DNA from: Macrostomum lignano
Lineage: Eukaryota
Length of the DNA: 64,000 nucleotides
Assembly (NCBI GenBank): GCA_002269645.1
Contig: NIVC01000143.1
Location: 248,001-312,000 of the forward strand
Direction of reading: 5' to 3'
Numbering within the stretch: the stretch's first letter is position 1; each line of letters starts with the position of its first letter. Below, piece after piece: positions 12,001-23,073 of this stretch. The notes under the pieces are model-generated. The model saw only the letters and a list, made by a program, of their open reading frames with translations. It made no database searches and was not told the DNA's origin. The translations under genes were made by a program, and so were the position numbers.

Positions 12001-15000
12001 CATGTATTTTCCTATTAAATTTTTTAGCTATGTTCGTACATCGTTTACGATCGAGCTTCGTGTGTAATGAAAAAAACCTAAATATATTTCTCAAAAGTTA
12101 TCCTGTAAATTACAAACAAATTAACTGCACTAGCCAAACGAGTCAGCTCTACCCGAGCCAGCATTTTGAATATCTGAAAAAGAAGGTAGTGTTTGTTCGG
12201 CTGTTTCCTGGCCGTTTCCAAACAATGCCAAGAAATACTGCTCTGAGTGGCGATTCTTATCCAAAGAATCGACTTCCAAAGACGGTTTTTTGTTTGGCCG
12301 TTTTTTTAAGGAGAAACGAATGCGTTTCCCAGCGGAATCGTCTGAAGAAACGACTCCATTCCCCGGCGGGACATGTAAATACTACGCACGAAACGAAGCA
12401 ATGGGCCAATCCGGCCCAAAGTCCTGCGTAGGAAGCGGAGAAACTGAATCGCCATAAAAAGCAGTTTCCTGTGGTTGGAAACTGCGTAGGAAACGACTCA
12501 ATATTTTAATTCGTTTCTTTCTTCGTTTCCGCACATTTAGCGTGACGAAACTGCCGAATTAAGCAGTTTCCTCTAGCACTGCGGAGACCATAGAATTTTG
12601 GTCTACTTTAGTCCGTTTCCAGCAAAAAATGCTGCCGAAGAAACGTCCCAATTATCCACAGGGTTAGCATTTGGGGAGCTCTATGGATTAGTTCACACCT
12701 CCTTATCGATTGAGCAACAATTTGCACAATCTCTTAAGTACACACACACATGCGCAATGATAAAAGGAACTCATTAGAGGCAACCAAACGGAAAAAAAAT
12801 TACACAGGTGAGTTAGGAAAAGGAGTAACATTGTCAATTTATATTCATAATTCTGACAGCAGTTGTTCACATAAGGGCGCTCCGATCCCGATATATTTTT
12901 TTGCTGCTTCGTGCTGTGCCGGTGACAAACGTATTCCTTGTCTCATCTCAAACTGCTAGGAATTATTTATTTCTGTGCCTTTCTTGTCTTCTTTTCTTCC
13001 ATTATTTCTTCATAACTTCTTCCCTCGTCCTTGTGTTCGTCTGTTCTTCTAACTCTACATATGCTTACAAATATTACAGATATTCTTTACTTAAACACGA
13101 TGCAGTATTGAAAAGACTCGCCAAAATTTCGTCGCACTCACCCCGCTCCACTGAGATCGCGACAGTAACTCGTAACTCGACAGTTGTGAATAAAAATAAA
13201 AACTAAGCCGACTACAAACTCACCCAGCTCCAGTTGGATCCAGCAGCCGCAGCACCTGCCGCTGCTCAAATCGCTGTGCCACCTGCGCACACGTCTGACC
13301 CCGACCGTCTCGATGACTCGCATCCGCTCCTCTGTCCATCAGAGCCTTGGCTGCTCGCACCTGACCGGCTTCGCACGCTCGTGACAGAGCAGTCCGACCC
13401 TCACTGTCTTCAGCACGCACTGACGCACCGAGATCGATGAGTTTCTCAATGAGCTCGTGATGACCTGCATCAGCTGCCAGCATGAGAGCAGTGGCTCCAG
13501 TGCTGTCTGGCAGATCGACATGCTCTGTGCTGACTCGCTCATTATTGATCAGTGTGATAGCAAGAGCGACGTATCTTTGAGAGATGGAGAGACGGAGCAG
13601 CTGTGTGATGTGAGCTGGCTGCATTCGAGAGAGGGTGTCGGTGAGAACAGAGTTCCTGCCTTCGATGGCCATTGCTGCAGTGAAGCTAATGACGGAGCTA
13701 GATCGGAAGAGCCAGTCAGGCTCGAGGCCGAGGAAGGCAACGAAATCCTCGCGAAGACGAGAGCAAGCCTTGACTGCACATTGGAAACGGAGATTCGCGC
13801 TCTGATCCGGACTTGAGAGACACAAGATGAGGAACTTAAGGACTTCTAAGTGACCACTGCTTGCAGCAGATTCCGCAGCCTCGATGCAACACTGATCTCT
13901 TATTGCTTTGTCAGCGACTGTCTGGACAAGAAACTCGACCACTTCTATGTGACCAGTCATTGCAGCGTATTTTGCAGCCGCGATGCAGCACTGACTTCTT
14001 TTTGTTTGGTCGGCGACTGTCGCAACGAGAAACTTGACGACTTCCCACTGATCCTGGAATATAGCAGATTCTGCAGCGTCAATGCAGCAATCATCTATTT
14101 TTGTTTGGTCAGCGACATTCAGCACGAGAAACTTGACGACTTCTAACTGACCATTGATTGCAGCAGATTCTGCAGCTTCGATGCAGCAATCATCTCTTTT
14201 TGTTTGATCAGTGACTTTCGCAACGAGAAACTTGACGACTTCCCACTGATCCTGGCTTATAGCAGATTTTGCAGTTTGGATGCAGCAATCATCTATTTTT
14301 GTTTGGTCAGCGACATTCAGCACGAGAAACTTGACGACTTCTAACTGACCATTGATTGCAGCAGATTCTGCAGCTTCGATGCAGCAATCATCTCTTTTTG
14401 TTTGATCAGTGACTTTCGCAACGAGAAACTTGACGACTTCCCACTGATCCTGGCTTATAGCAGATTTTGCAGTTTGGATGCAGCAATCATCTATTTTTGT
14501 TTGGTCAGCGACATTCAGCACGAGAAACTTGACGACTTCTAACTGACCATTGATTGCAGCAGATTCTGCAGCTTCGATGCAGCAATCATCTCTTTTTGTT
14601 TGATCAGTGACTTTCGCAACAAGAAACTTGACGACTTCCCACTGATCCTGGCTTATAGCAGATTTTGCAGTTTGGATGCAGCAATCATCTCTTTTTGTTT
14701 GGTCAGCGACTTCCAGCACGAGAAACTTGACGACTTCCCACTGACGCCAGATTACAGCAGATTTTGCAGTTTGGATGCAGCAATCATCTCTTTTTGTTTG
14801 GTCGGCGACTGTCGGAACGAGAAACTTGACGACTTCCCACTGATCCTGGAATATAGCAGATTCTGCAGCGTCGATGCAGCAATCATCTCTTTTTGTTTGA
14901 TCAGTGACTTTCAGCACGAGAAACTTGACGACTTCCCACTGATCCTGGCTTATAGCAGATTTTGCAGTTTGGATGCAGCAATCATCTCTTTTTGTTTGGT

Positions 15001-16270
15001 CAGCGACTTCCAGCACGAGAAACTTGACGACTTCCCACTGATCCCGGCTTATAGCAGATTTTGCCGTTTGGATGCAGCAATCATCTCTTTTTGTTTGGTC
15101 AGCGACTTCCAGCACGAGAAACTTGACGACTTCCCACTGATCCCGGCTTATAGCAGATTTTGCAGTTTGGATGCAGCAATCATCTCTTTTTGTTTCGTCA
15201 GCGACTTTCAGCACGAGAAACTTGACGACTTCTAACTGACCATTGATTGCAGCAGATTCTGCAGCTTCGATGCAGCAATCATCTCTTTTTGTTTGATCAG
15301 TGACTTTCGCAACGAGAAACTTGACGACTTCCCACTGATCCTGGCTTATAGCAGATTTTGCAGTTTGGATGCAGCAATCATCTCTTTTTGTTTGGTCAGC
15401 GACTTCCAGCACGAGAAACTTGACGACTTCCCACTGACGCCAGATTACAGCAGATTTTGCAGTTTGGATGCAGCAATCATCTCTTTTTGTTTGGTCGGCG
15501 ACTGTCGGAACGAGAAACTTGACGACTTCCCACTGATCCTGGAATATAGCAGATTCTGCAGCGTCGATGCAGCAATCATCTCTTTTTGTTTGATCAGTGA
15601 CTTTCAGCACGAGAAACTTGACGACTTCCCACTGATCCTGGCTTATAGCAGATTTTGCAGTTTGGATGCAGCAATCATCTCTTTTTGTTTGGTCAGCGAC
15701 TTCCAGCACGAGAAACTTGACGACTTCCCACTGATCCTGGCTTATAGCAGATTTTGCAGTTTGGATGCAGCAATCATCTCTTTTTGTTTCGTCAGCGACT
15801 TTCAGCACGAGAAACTTGACGACTTCTAACTGATCCTGGAATATAGCAGATTCTGCAGCGTCGATGCAGCAATCATCTCTTTTTGTCTGATCAGTGACTT
15901 TCGCAACGAGAAACTTGACGACTTCCCACTGATCCTGGCTTATAGCAGATTTTGCAGTTTGGATGCAGCAATCATCTCTTTTTGTTTGGTCGGCGACTGT
16001 CGGAACGAGAAACTTGACGACTTCCCACTGATTCCGGATTACAGCAGATTTTGCAGTTTGGATGCAGCACTCATCTCTTTTTGTTTCTTCAGCGATTTTT
16101 GGCAGGAGAAGCTTGACGACTTCCCATTGGCCCTGCTCTGCGGCCAGTTGAATATTTGCTTTGCAAAAGCGGGTCTTCCATGTTTGTCCCGGTCGAATCA
16201 GCAGATGAGCTCTCACTGCTGTGATGTTGCCACTAATGACAACCTGATTTGAGCTGAGGTTTTGTCCCAT
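1422..16270 (-). CDS. Predicted 4-exon gene: ankyrin-repeat / Mab-21 (cGAS-like receptor) fusion, ~1685 aa; join(16270-13224, 8010-7957, 4101-3737, 3013-1422)
   Basis: All three donors are GTGAGT (13223, 7956, 3736) and all acceptors end in CAG (8011, 4102, 3014). Phases are 2/2/1 and the exons sum to 5058 nt = 1686 codons with no internal stop. Exons 2-4 have the same splice sites in the paralog. The link from the ANK exon to the micro-exon is inferred. Confidence 0.7.
3737..4101 (-). CDS. cGLR paralog 1, NTase core exon
   Basis: MTGSYAEG...ADSDIDWTV matches the hG[GS]...DxD signature of Pol-beta-superfamily NTases. It is preceded by a spine-helix-like segment (RLSEELHRLL...). Acceptor cattccag|G, donor GCAG|GTGAGT. 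Confidence 0.88.
4506..5830 (+). pseudogene. THAP-domain P-type transposase, broken (nonsense codon, frameshifts, central deletion)
   Basis: THAP C2CH finger CAAIGC...FSYP...W...LCELHF, then TAG at 4698 and the AVP motif. Also SPKAY, LPSPSTLRSW, LVIDGMHLRK, LASEAIVFM, WKVPVAY and C-terminal KKYLCIRLRH. The region containing the later catalytic residues is missing. Confidence 0.88.
6183..7825. mobile_element. Tiny non-autonomous DNA transposon (~77 bp without its insert), 18-bp TIR, 8-bp TSD
   Basis: CAAGGAGTTCTATAATTA (6183-6200) is inverted at 7808-7825, and CTTGTGAT is duplicated at 6175-6182 and 7826-7833. Confidence 0.88.
6235..7796. mobile_element. Probable solo LTR, 1562 bp
   Basis: Termini TGATGTAACC...GGTTACATCA (TG..CA, 10-bp inverted) with ATTA on both sides (6231-6234, 7797-7800). 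No coding motifs recognised inside. Confidence 0.7.
7957..8010 (-). CDS. 54-nt symmetric (phase 2/2) linker micro-exon of paralog 1 (SPDARQAAAHRLDSGHHR)
   Basis: Polypyrimidine acceptor ctttccttcacgcactgcag and donor CG|GTGAGT. Same length, splice sites and frame as 59719-59772. Confidence 0.8.
8931..9288 (+). mobile_element. tRNA-derived SINE, ~358 bp
   Basis: tRNA-like head GGGGCCGTAGCCCAGCGG (A box) ... GGCTCGATTCC (B box), A-rich tail, and 13-bp TSD AATGGAGGCGCTC at 8918-8930 and 9289-9301. Confidence 0.9.
9700..10300 (-). pseudogene. Degraded Ty3/Gypsy integrase remnant (element may extend to ~11450)
   Basis: Minus-strand translation gives ERDNRTFGDML...DQDDW (integrase core end) and SLNNRWTGPYIILKKLGEVNY (GPY/F module), with stops. 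Confidence 0.7.
11498..12370. mobile_element. Foldback/MITE-like element with ~175-bp inverted arms
   Basis: 11498-11671 is the near-perfect reverse complement of 12196-12370, with internal GATTC-rich subrepeats. A looser related arm ends GGG|TTAG at 12663 and the left flank is TTTA|CCC, weakly piggyBac-like. Confidence 0.75.
13224..16270 (-). CDS. Ankyrin-repeat exon (23 tandem 33-aa ANK-like units plus 3 canonical ANK repeats), first coding exon of the predicted fusion
   Basis: Open frame over 3 kb starting MGQNLSS. Canonical repeats DSTGATALMLAADAGHHELIEKLIDLGA and DSEGRTALSRACEAGQVRAAKALMDRGA. The apparent stop TGA (13222-13220) lies within GG|GTGAGT. Confidence 0.88.
13853..16129 (-). 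repeat. Coding tandem array, 23 x 99 bp
   Basis: Unit Q(W/L)EVVKFLVxxVxD(Q/E)TKRDDCCIxxAxSAxxxx, counted directly in the translation. Confidence 0.95.
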
Positions 16271-16340
16271 TGTGCGGCTGTTAATTGTGTAACTGCCGTT
16301 GTAAACTGCCGTTGTAAACTGCCATTGTATAGGTGTAGAG

Positions 16341-16640
16341 CTGCTGTCAGAGTGGCAGATGTCAGTCACGGCTGCATTCAGAGCGGCAGGTGTCAGTCAC
16401 GGCTGCTGTCAGAGCCGCAGAGGTCAGTCACGGCTGCTGTCAGAGCCGCAGATGTCAGTCACGGCTGCTGTCAGAGTGGCAGGTGTCAGTCACGGCTGCT
16501 GTCAGAGTGGCAGGTGTCAGTCACGGCTGCTGTCAGAGCGGCAGGTGTCAGTCACGGCTGCTGTCAGAGTGGCAGATGTCAGTCACGGCTGCTGTCAGAG
16601 CGGCAGGTGTCAGTCACGGCTGCTGTCAGAGCGGCAGGTG
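16341..16640. repeat. 31-bp minisatellite, ~10 copies, just upstream of the ANK start codon
   Basis: Unit TGTCAGTCACGGCTGCTGTCAGAG(C/T)GGCAG(G/A). Confidence 0.92.
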
Positions 16641-17189
16641 TTTCAAACGTCTGTGCAGCCGGTTGCCAGAAAGATTTTACCGCCTCATCTCTCAGCTGCC
16701 CTCCCTTTTGCAGCCTCTGGCGAGGCCGACCACCCCGGCCTGAGCAACCGAAACTTCTCTCCAGAGCATGTGCGCTGAGTCCGCCTTCTGAGCACTTCAG
16801 CCCCCAGGATGATAACGGAGGGGCTGCGGCTGCAGCGGCCACCCCAAGCTGTATTTGATGAGGCTGAACTGGTTAAAATTTACAGTGCGTTTGAGGGAGA
16901 AAGAGGAGAGGGAGAAGGAAGGGAGGGAAGAAAAGGGGAGCGGGAGGGATGGAGGAGAGAGAGAGGGAGGGGTAAGGTGGCATTGTTAAGTCGCCTTGGT
17001 GAGTTTTCTCTCTCGGCTATGTTAACTGCAGCAGCTTCAGCCAGTTATACAGTGTAGAGAGTTAATAAAACCATACCCTAAAGCACTACTTAAATTGATG
17101 CTCTTGGAAAAGTCTATTTTAATCCGCAACCTAGAGTCACGCGCAAATAGAGTGACTCAAAACTCCACGTAGGACCAACGTCTGTTTGA

Positions 17190-17950
17190 TCAAAAAACCG
17201 GATTTCAGCAGCTGTATTTGCTTAACTCCATATATGGTAATGCTCAAACATTCATGACCGCTTAATCAAACAGGTTTTACCTTAAAATTTTGCTATAAAT
17301 ATAAATGAAAATCCGAGTTTAAAATTCAGACTTAGAGCGGTCTCTAAGACGACTTCGAAGAAACAAAGAAGACCAATCTCTGAGGGACTAGGCCCAATTG
17401 GTAAACGTTTACCGGATTTATTTCTTTGCTAATAGGTTGATTAATTAAGTTTGGCAGAGCTGTATTTGTCGATACATTAAGGAAAGGCCTCCTTGTTTCC
17501 TAGGATATATTCCTAGAGAATTTATTGATTAGTTTGAGTTACCCGTTACGTTTCGGACATAACGAAGAAGGCGCCCTTCAGAAGGACCCATGCAGAGCTC
17601 AGAGAATTTAATTGTTCATTAGGACCTACGGTATGCTTTTAATTTCGAGCTCGAGGACCATCAAGACTTCTGATTCGCTCTCGTTTTTGGTCGACTCAAA
17701 AATAAAGTTAAGGACTCGCGGAAGCAATTCGCTCTCGCCGAAGCCAGTCGTTACAACAACAGAAGAGCAAGGCCTATTGGTTCACCTACGATGCACACCA
17801 CTACGGCACTACCCGAATAAGACGTCTACAAACTACAAGTGGATCCGCACCAGTAAGATTTACTTGAGTTTGCGTGTACCTAGGCACTTGTTTCCATAGT
17901 GTCTAAATGTGAGAGTTTTCAAGTGACTGATCACAACACTGAAACTCTTC
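17190..17950. repeat. Unclassified dispersed repeat, diverged copy A (copy B at ~35710-36420)
   Basis: Collinear shared blocks: AAAAAACCGG, AAAATCCGAG..., GAAG(G/A)CGCCCTT...GGACC and GAGTTTT..GACTGATCAC...AAACTCTTC. Confidence 0.5.
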
Positions 17951-19872
17951 ATTGGGAAGCAGCAGAGCTCTCTGCCCCTCTCTCTGTCTCACCCTCACTG
18001 CCGACCAGCCACTCCTTCCAGTACGAATTGAGACAAAGGGCTCAAGTGCCCTGATTGCGCCTCCACGTTGATGCCGTCAAGATCAAGTCAAGATGGCAGT
18101 AAGATGATTGTTCACCATTTCATTCAACTCCCAAGGCGTTGTGGCAGTTGAAATATTTCCTGAGGGCAGCACTGTGACTGCTAAGCATTACGCCAAAGCA
18201 GTGCTGCTGGTTGTGCTGCAGGAGAAGCGGCAGCAGGCAAGAACTCGGCGTCGTGTCAGGCTGCTGCATTCACGCATTATTTAGGAATTATTAGAGCAGC
18301 AGAGGGTTTAGCTGCCGCCCCACCCACTTTGCTCGCCAGACCTCTCACCCTCTGAATTTCTAGGCGGCCTTTTTCGCGCATTCAAGACCTGGCTAGAGCA
18401 GAACTGGAGAGGGTGCCCACAGATAAAATCCAGAAGACATCAGCTCCTTCCTTCAACAAAAATGAAGTCGCCACACATCTAGACAGTTGAAATATTCAAA
18501 CAGATTTCTACGAGGCCTGACTTTTTATATAATCGCTAATGTACTAGGAGCAGTACTTTCAGACCTCATTTGCGCATAGTAGCAGTGTCATTCATCGCCA
18601 AGCCTTATCTGCATCGGCTGACCTCAGGACACAACTGTCAGCGTGTGCGTTCGGATGTGCTCAATGTTTCTCTAATTTTGTACGCAGTGTGGTTTGCACA
18701 CCTACAAAACTCTTAAGGTCGGCACAGCCGGATGGCCGAGTCCCAATGCAACAATCGGTGCAGGGCGAGTCCGGCCGACAGGTTTAACAGCAACATCTTC
18801 AGCTCTGGCCGTTCTAGTTCGTGCTAGTTCGTCTATGCCCTGTTGAATCAACAAAATCTCAATTCTTTTTAGACGCCCCCCATTCGGGCTCAGCACTTGA
18901 ATTTTCTTAAAAGTTAAGAAAGCCCCAATCCAACACCATTGACCTGATTCACTTGAGCAAGAGTTAAGAACCATCTATTTGCCGTTCCTGACGCCCCAGC
19001 GTCGCAGAATTCCTACTGTGTTGAACCTTGTCTAAAAAACAGAAAATTTTGATTATCGATCCGCCGTCATCTGATCGCATGCCTATTCATCAAAAAATGC
19101 TCCGATAAAACCTTGGAGTGCCAACCATCTGACTGTGAAGGTTGGCAGCAGCTGGGATCCAACCCTGATGGACGAGTCTTTCAAGAACTGGACGGAATGC
19201 GTCACGCTCAGCTACCCGGAGTCGAGCTCCGACTCGCTGCTTCAGCTGCTGTGTCATGGTCAACCAGTTGTGAGATTGGTGGCTTTCCTGGAGGTTGTCT
19301 CGGCCGGTAGGCACGGCTGATGTGAAATGAAGGTAGGTGGCGATGCTCTCCATGACTGCTACAAGTTGGCAAGGAATAAAGCTAGCAAAGTGCAGTGCTA
19401 AGACTGTTGAGAGTCGCTCTCAGTGGCTGCATGAGGGAGGGTCGGACGCTGCTTACTAACCCGACCAACTCTGCTTAACTTGCACGTGTTGAAGAGTATA
19501 GTGCTGTAGTGAAACTACAACTTAACTTAGATTTGAATTGCAATATATTTTATGAGTTAAAGACGAGAGGGCTTGGGGCGAGAAACTTAACTGCGAGAAA
19601 GAACTGTAAAAGGAAATTAGTCTATGGTAATTTATGACAAACTGAGTTGCAAATAAAAAGTACAACAAAATACCCATACGACTCCCCCCTCCAATTGCGG
19701 AGCACGGGGAAAAGAGACTGTAACTGAATTATAAAATGGTGGAATGGCTTAAATTATTGAAACGAAGCGGTTATACAGTTGAAATACGAGCTAAATTTTA
19801 TATGAAGGGTTGAACATTGAGAAATATTGAGAACATTGGAACAGCAGTCAGTAGACGTTATACATTACAAGG

Positions 19873-22800
19873 TTAATAATAAATGTAATCATTATGGCGT
19901 CGGAATTGGACTCGGCGGCCGCTAGAGGTCGCTCTAGGAGGTGATGAGTCCACCGGTTCCTTTGGTTTGGCGGCTTTTTCCGGCAGCGAGTTCGCGGCCG
20001 GCTGAACAGCCGACTTCGGAAGCGAAAGTCGCGCCGGCTTGAGGCGATCGATAGAGACAGATTCGGTGTTGCCTGACGGTAGGAAAATAACGAAGAACTT
20101 GTCAGTTCGCTGTTTCACGCGATACGGCCCTGAGTACGGCGCCTCGAGCGGCGACCGCACGCGATCGACCCGAACCCAGACGAATTCAGCCATTTCCAGG
20201 TCCTTGGGTACGTAGCTCCGTGGTTCGTGCGTCTTCGCGTGTGGACTCGGTAACTCTGTCAGCAGTTCCTGCAGCCGTGTCCGAATGTCCGTTGGGGCGA
20301 GTGGTTCAGAAGTTAGAATGCGCGGAACCATCGGAAGCTCGCCCGTAACCCTGGTGAACGGTGATATTCCTTGGTCGTCAGGTGCGACGTGCATCGCGAG
20401 GAGAGCCACAGGTAGGTCTGTCAGCCAGTCATTGCCTCGAGCACGTAGCATCGTCTTCAGGGTGCGATGGCTCGCTCGACCTTGCCATTGGTTTGAGGGT
20501 GGTAGGCCGTTGTGCGTAATCGATGAAAACCAATTGATGACGAGACCGAGTGAAAGAATTCTGATTCGAACTGGCGCCCCCGATCAGTGATTACATACAG
20601 TGGCACTCCGTAGCGCGAGACCCAAGACGAGACGAATGCATGGGCGACTACTTCCGCGGTTATTGATTCCAGTGGTGTAGCTTCTAGCCAGCCAGTCGAG
20701 CGGTCGACCATCGTGAGAAGGTAGCGGGCAGACTGGTGGCCAAAGGTGGTAGCATTAGCTGGTGGAAGTGGTCCCACAATATCAATGTGTACCGCCTCAA
20801 AGCGATTTGATGGTAGTGCGAAGGCCTGTTGCGGGAGACAGTGTGGCGAGTGACTTTACTCCGTTGGCAGTCCTGGCAGTTCCAGCAGTAGGTCTTGATG
20901 GACTTGCGCATTCCGGGCCAAAAGTAACGTTCTGTGATGAGTTTTGCTGTTTTACGGTAGCCGAAATGACCAAGTCGATGGAAGGAGGCAATCACGGCGT
21001 CGCGGAGGGACGGCGGAATGATCGGGCGAGGATACGGCGTTGACGTCTCACACCAAACGACGACGTCTTTGTCCAGAGAATACGATCGAATATTTGGTGC
21101 AGCTGAGAACGACTCCGGTCGTTGTGCTTCAGCGATACTGGGCAGATCAACAGGGAATTGGCTTGATGGGGCAGCGACTACAGCGACTGTTGCGATGTTG
21201 GACACGTGATCATTCACTGGGAAGTCAGGCAGTCAAGAAAGGGCATCAGCTATTACGTTGTCTGCACCGCGAATGTACTGGACATCTGCCACGTACTCGG
21301 ACAAGACGGTCAAGTAGCGCTGATTGCGATCTGACGTAGTGGTGCGATTGGCGTGGAAGGCCTGAGCTAGTGGTTTATGATCGGTGAACAAGGTCACGCT
21401 CAGTCCTTCAATGAGGCTGCGGAAGTGCAACACTGCCAGGTACGCCGCGAGTAGTTCTCGGTCGAACGTGCTGTACATCCTTTGAGATGACGACAACTTC
21501 TTGCTGAACATGCCAAGAGGTGACGTTCCGGTTGAAGAGGTTTGATGCAGAACGGCACCAACACAGTCGGCTGAGGCATTAGTGTACAGGTGGTACGCAG
21601 TACAGTTGGGGTCCGGATGATGCAGCAGTAGTCTCTCTGAGAGAGCTTGTTTGATGTTTTCGAAAGATTTCTGATGCTGCTCTGTCCATTGGAAGTTTCC
21701 TGCTGACTGTAGTGATGCAGTGAGTAGGTCTTGCAGCGGACAGATGCGGTCGGCAAAGTTGGGAACGAATCGACGGTAGAAACCGACGACACCGAGGAAG
21801 CGCCGAAGTGCGATCGAATCCGTGGGTGTCGGCCAGTCAGTGATTATTTGGATCTTCTTCTGGAGAGGCTTTATTCCTTCAGGAGTCACGCGATGGCCAA
21901 GGAAATCTACCCCGGACTGAAAGAATTCGCACTTCTTCAAATGAACCTGTAGGCCGTGTGTTCTTAGGCGGTCCAAAACTTGTTCCAAATGTGAGTAGTG
22001 GTCCTCACGAGTCTTTGAGAATATCAGGACATCATCGATGTAAGAGATGACGAATGACAGTCCGTGAAAAACAGAGTCGATGAAGCGTTGAAATGTTTGT
22101 GCTGCATTCCTCAGGCCGAAGGGCATGCGTGTGTACTCGAACAATCCAAACGGTGTGGTGATAGCGGTTTTGCAAATATCCTCTTCGGCGACTGGAATTT
22201 GATGAAAGGCGCGAACAAGGTCTAACTTTGAAAACACAGTGCTTCCGTGTAGGTACCGAGTGAATGTTTGAATGTGTGGAACCGGATAGTTGTCCGGCTT
22301 TGTTCGTTTGTTCAATTCGCGATAGTCACCGCACGGACGCCAGCCAGCTCCCTTGGGTGCCATGTGGAGGGGTGACGCCCAAGCGCTTGAGGAAGGTCTG
22401 AGGTAGCCAGCATCGATTAGCTGCTGAAACTCCTGCTTTGCAGCCTGTAGTTTTGCAGGGTGCAGTTGCCGGGGTCGCAAGTGAACCGGTTGTCCACTAC
22501 CAGTGTCTAGTCGATGAACAGTGTCATGCTTGACCTCTGAAGCTGGCGGAAGGGCTCCGCCTTCAACGAAAGAAAAACAGTCTGCAAACTTTGTCAACAG
22601 CGTACTCGTCCGAGAATCCAGGTTGGGTGGCAGTTCTACCGACACAGTGAACGGGCCACAATGAACATTTGAAATTGACAAGGTAACAGTAGACAGTCCT
22701 GTTTCTGAGTCTCGAACGTGTTTGCGCTGACAATCGACAACTAACCCATGGTGAGCCAAGAAATCGTAACCAATGATGGGCTTCACCACTGACGCCACGA

Positions 22801-23050
22801 GGAAGGTCCATTGGAAGGCGCGACGCAAACCGCGGATTGAGACATCCAGTAGGACCGACCCGCGAACTGGTATGGCGGCTCCGGTAGCAGTAATTAAACG
22901 AACGTTTGTATCTTGAACGAGTGCGTTAACGAGGTGAGGTGGAACTATGGAAACCGAGGCTCCGGTATCCACAAGAAACTTGCTGTAGGTATTGTTGATT
23001 TTAACATCTAACTCCAAACAGGTGGTCGATGGTATCTCGGCACTGCGCAC
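19873..23050 (-). pseudogene. pol: Pol (PR-RT-RNaseH-INT); integrase disrupted
   Basis: LVDTGAS (PR), YIDD (RT), [17 protein letters not shown] (RH), then integrase in three frames (HHCC finger, HIDIVGPLP, DRGRQFES, LEAPYSGPY). Confidence 0.9.
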
Positions 23051-23073
23051 CGCGACCTCGGTCGCAGTGCGAT

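Noticed and set aside
16271-16369. Extending the ANK protein to the ATG at 16369
   Set aside because: That ATG lies in the minisatellite and gives low-complexity sequence; MGQNLS at 16270 is more plausible, but unproven.
14600-16858. Plus-strand ORFs over the ANK array and the 31-bp repeat (…HEKLDDF; SHGCCQSGRCQ…)
   Set aside because: Antisense shadows of the coding repeat and minisatellite translations.
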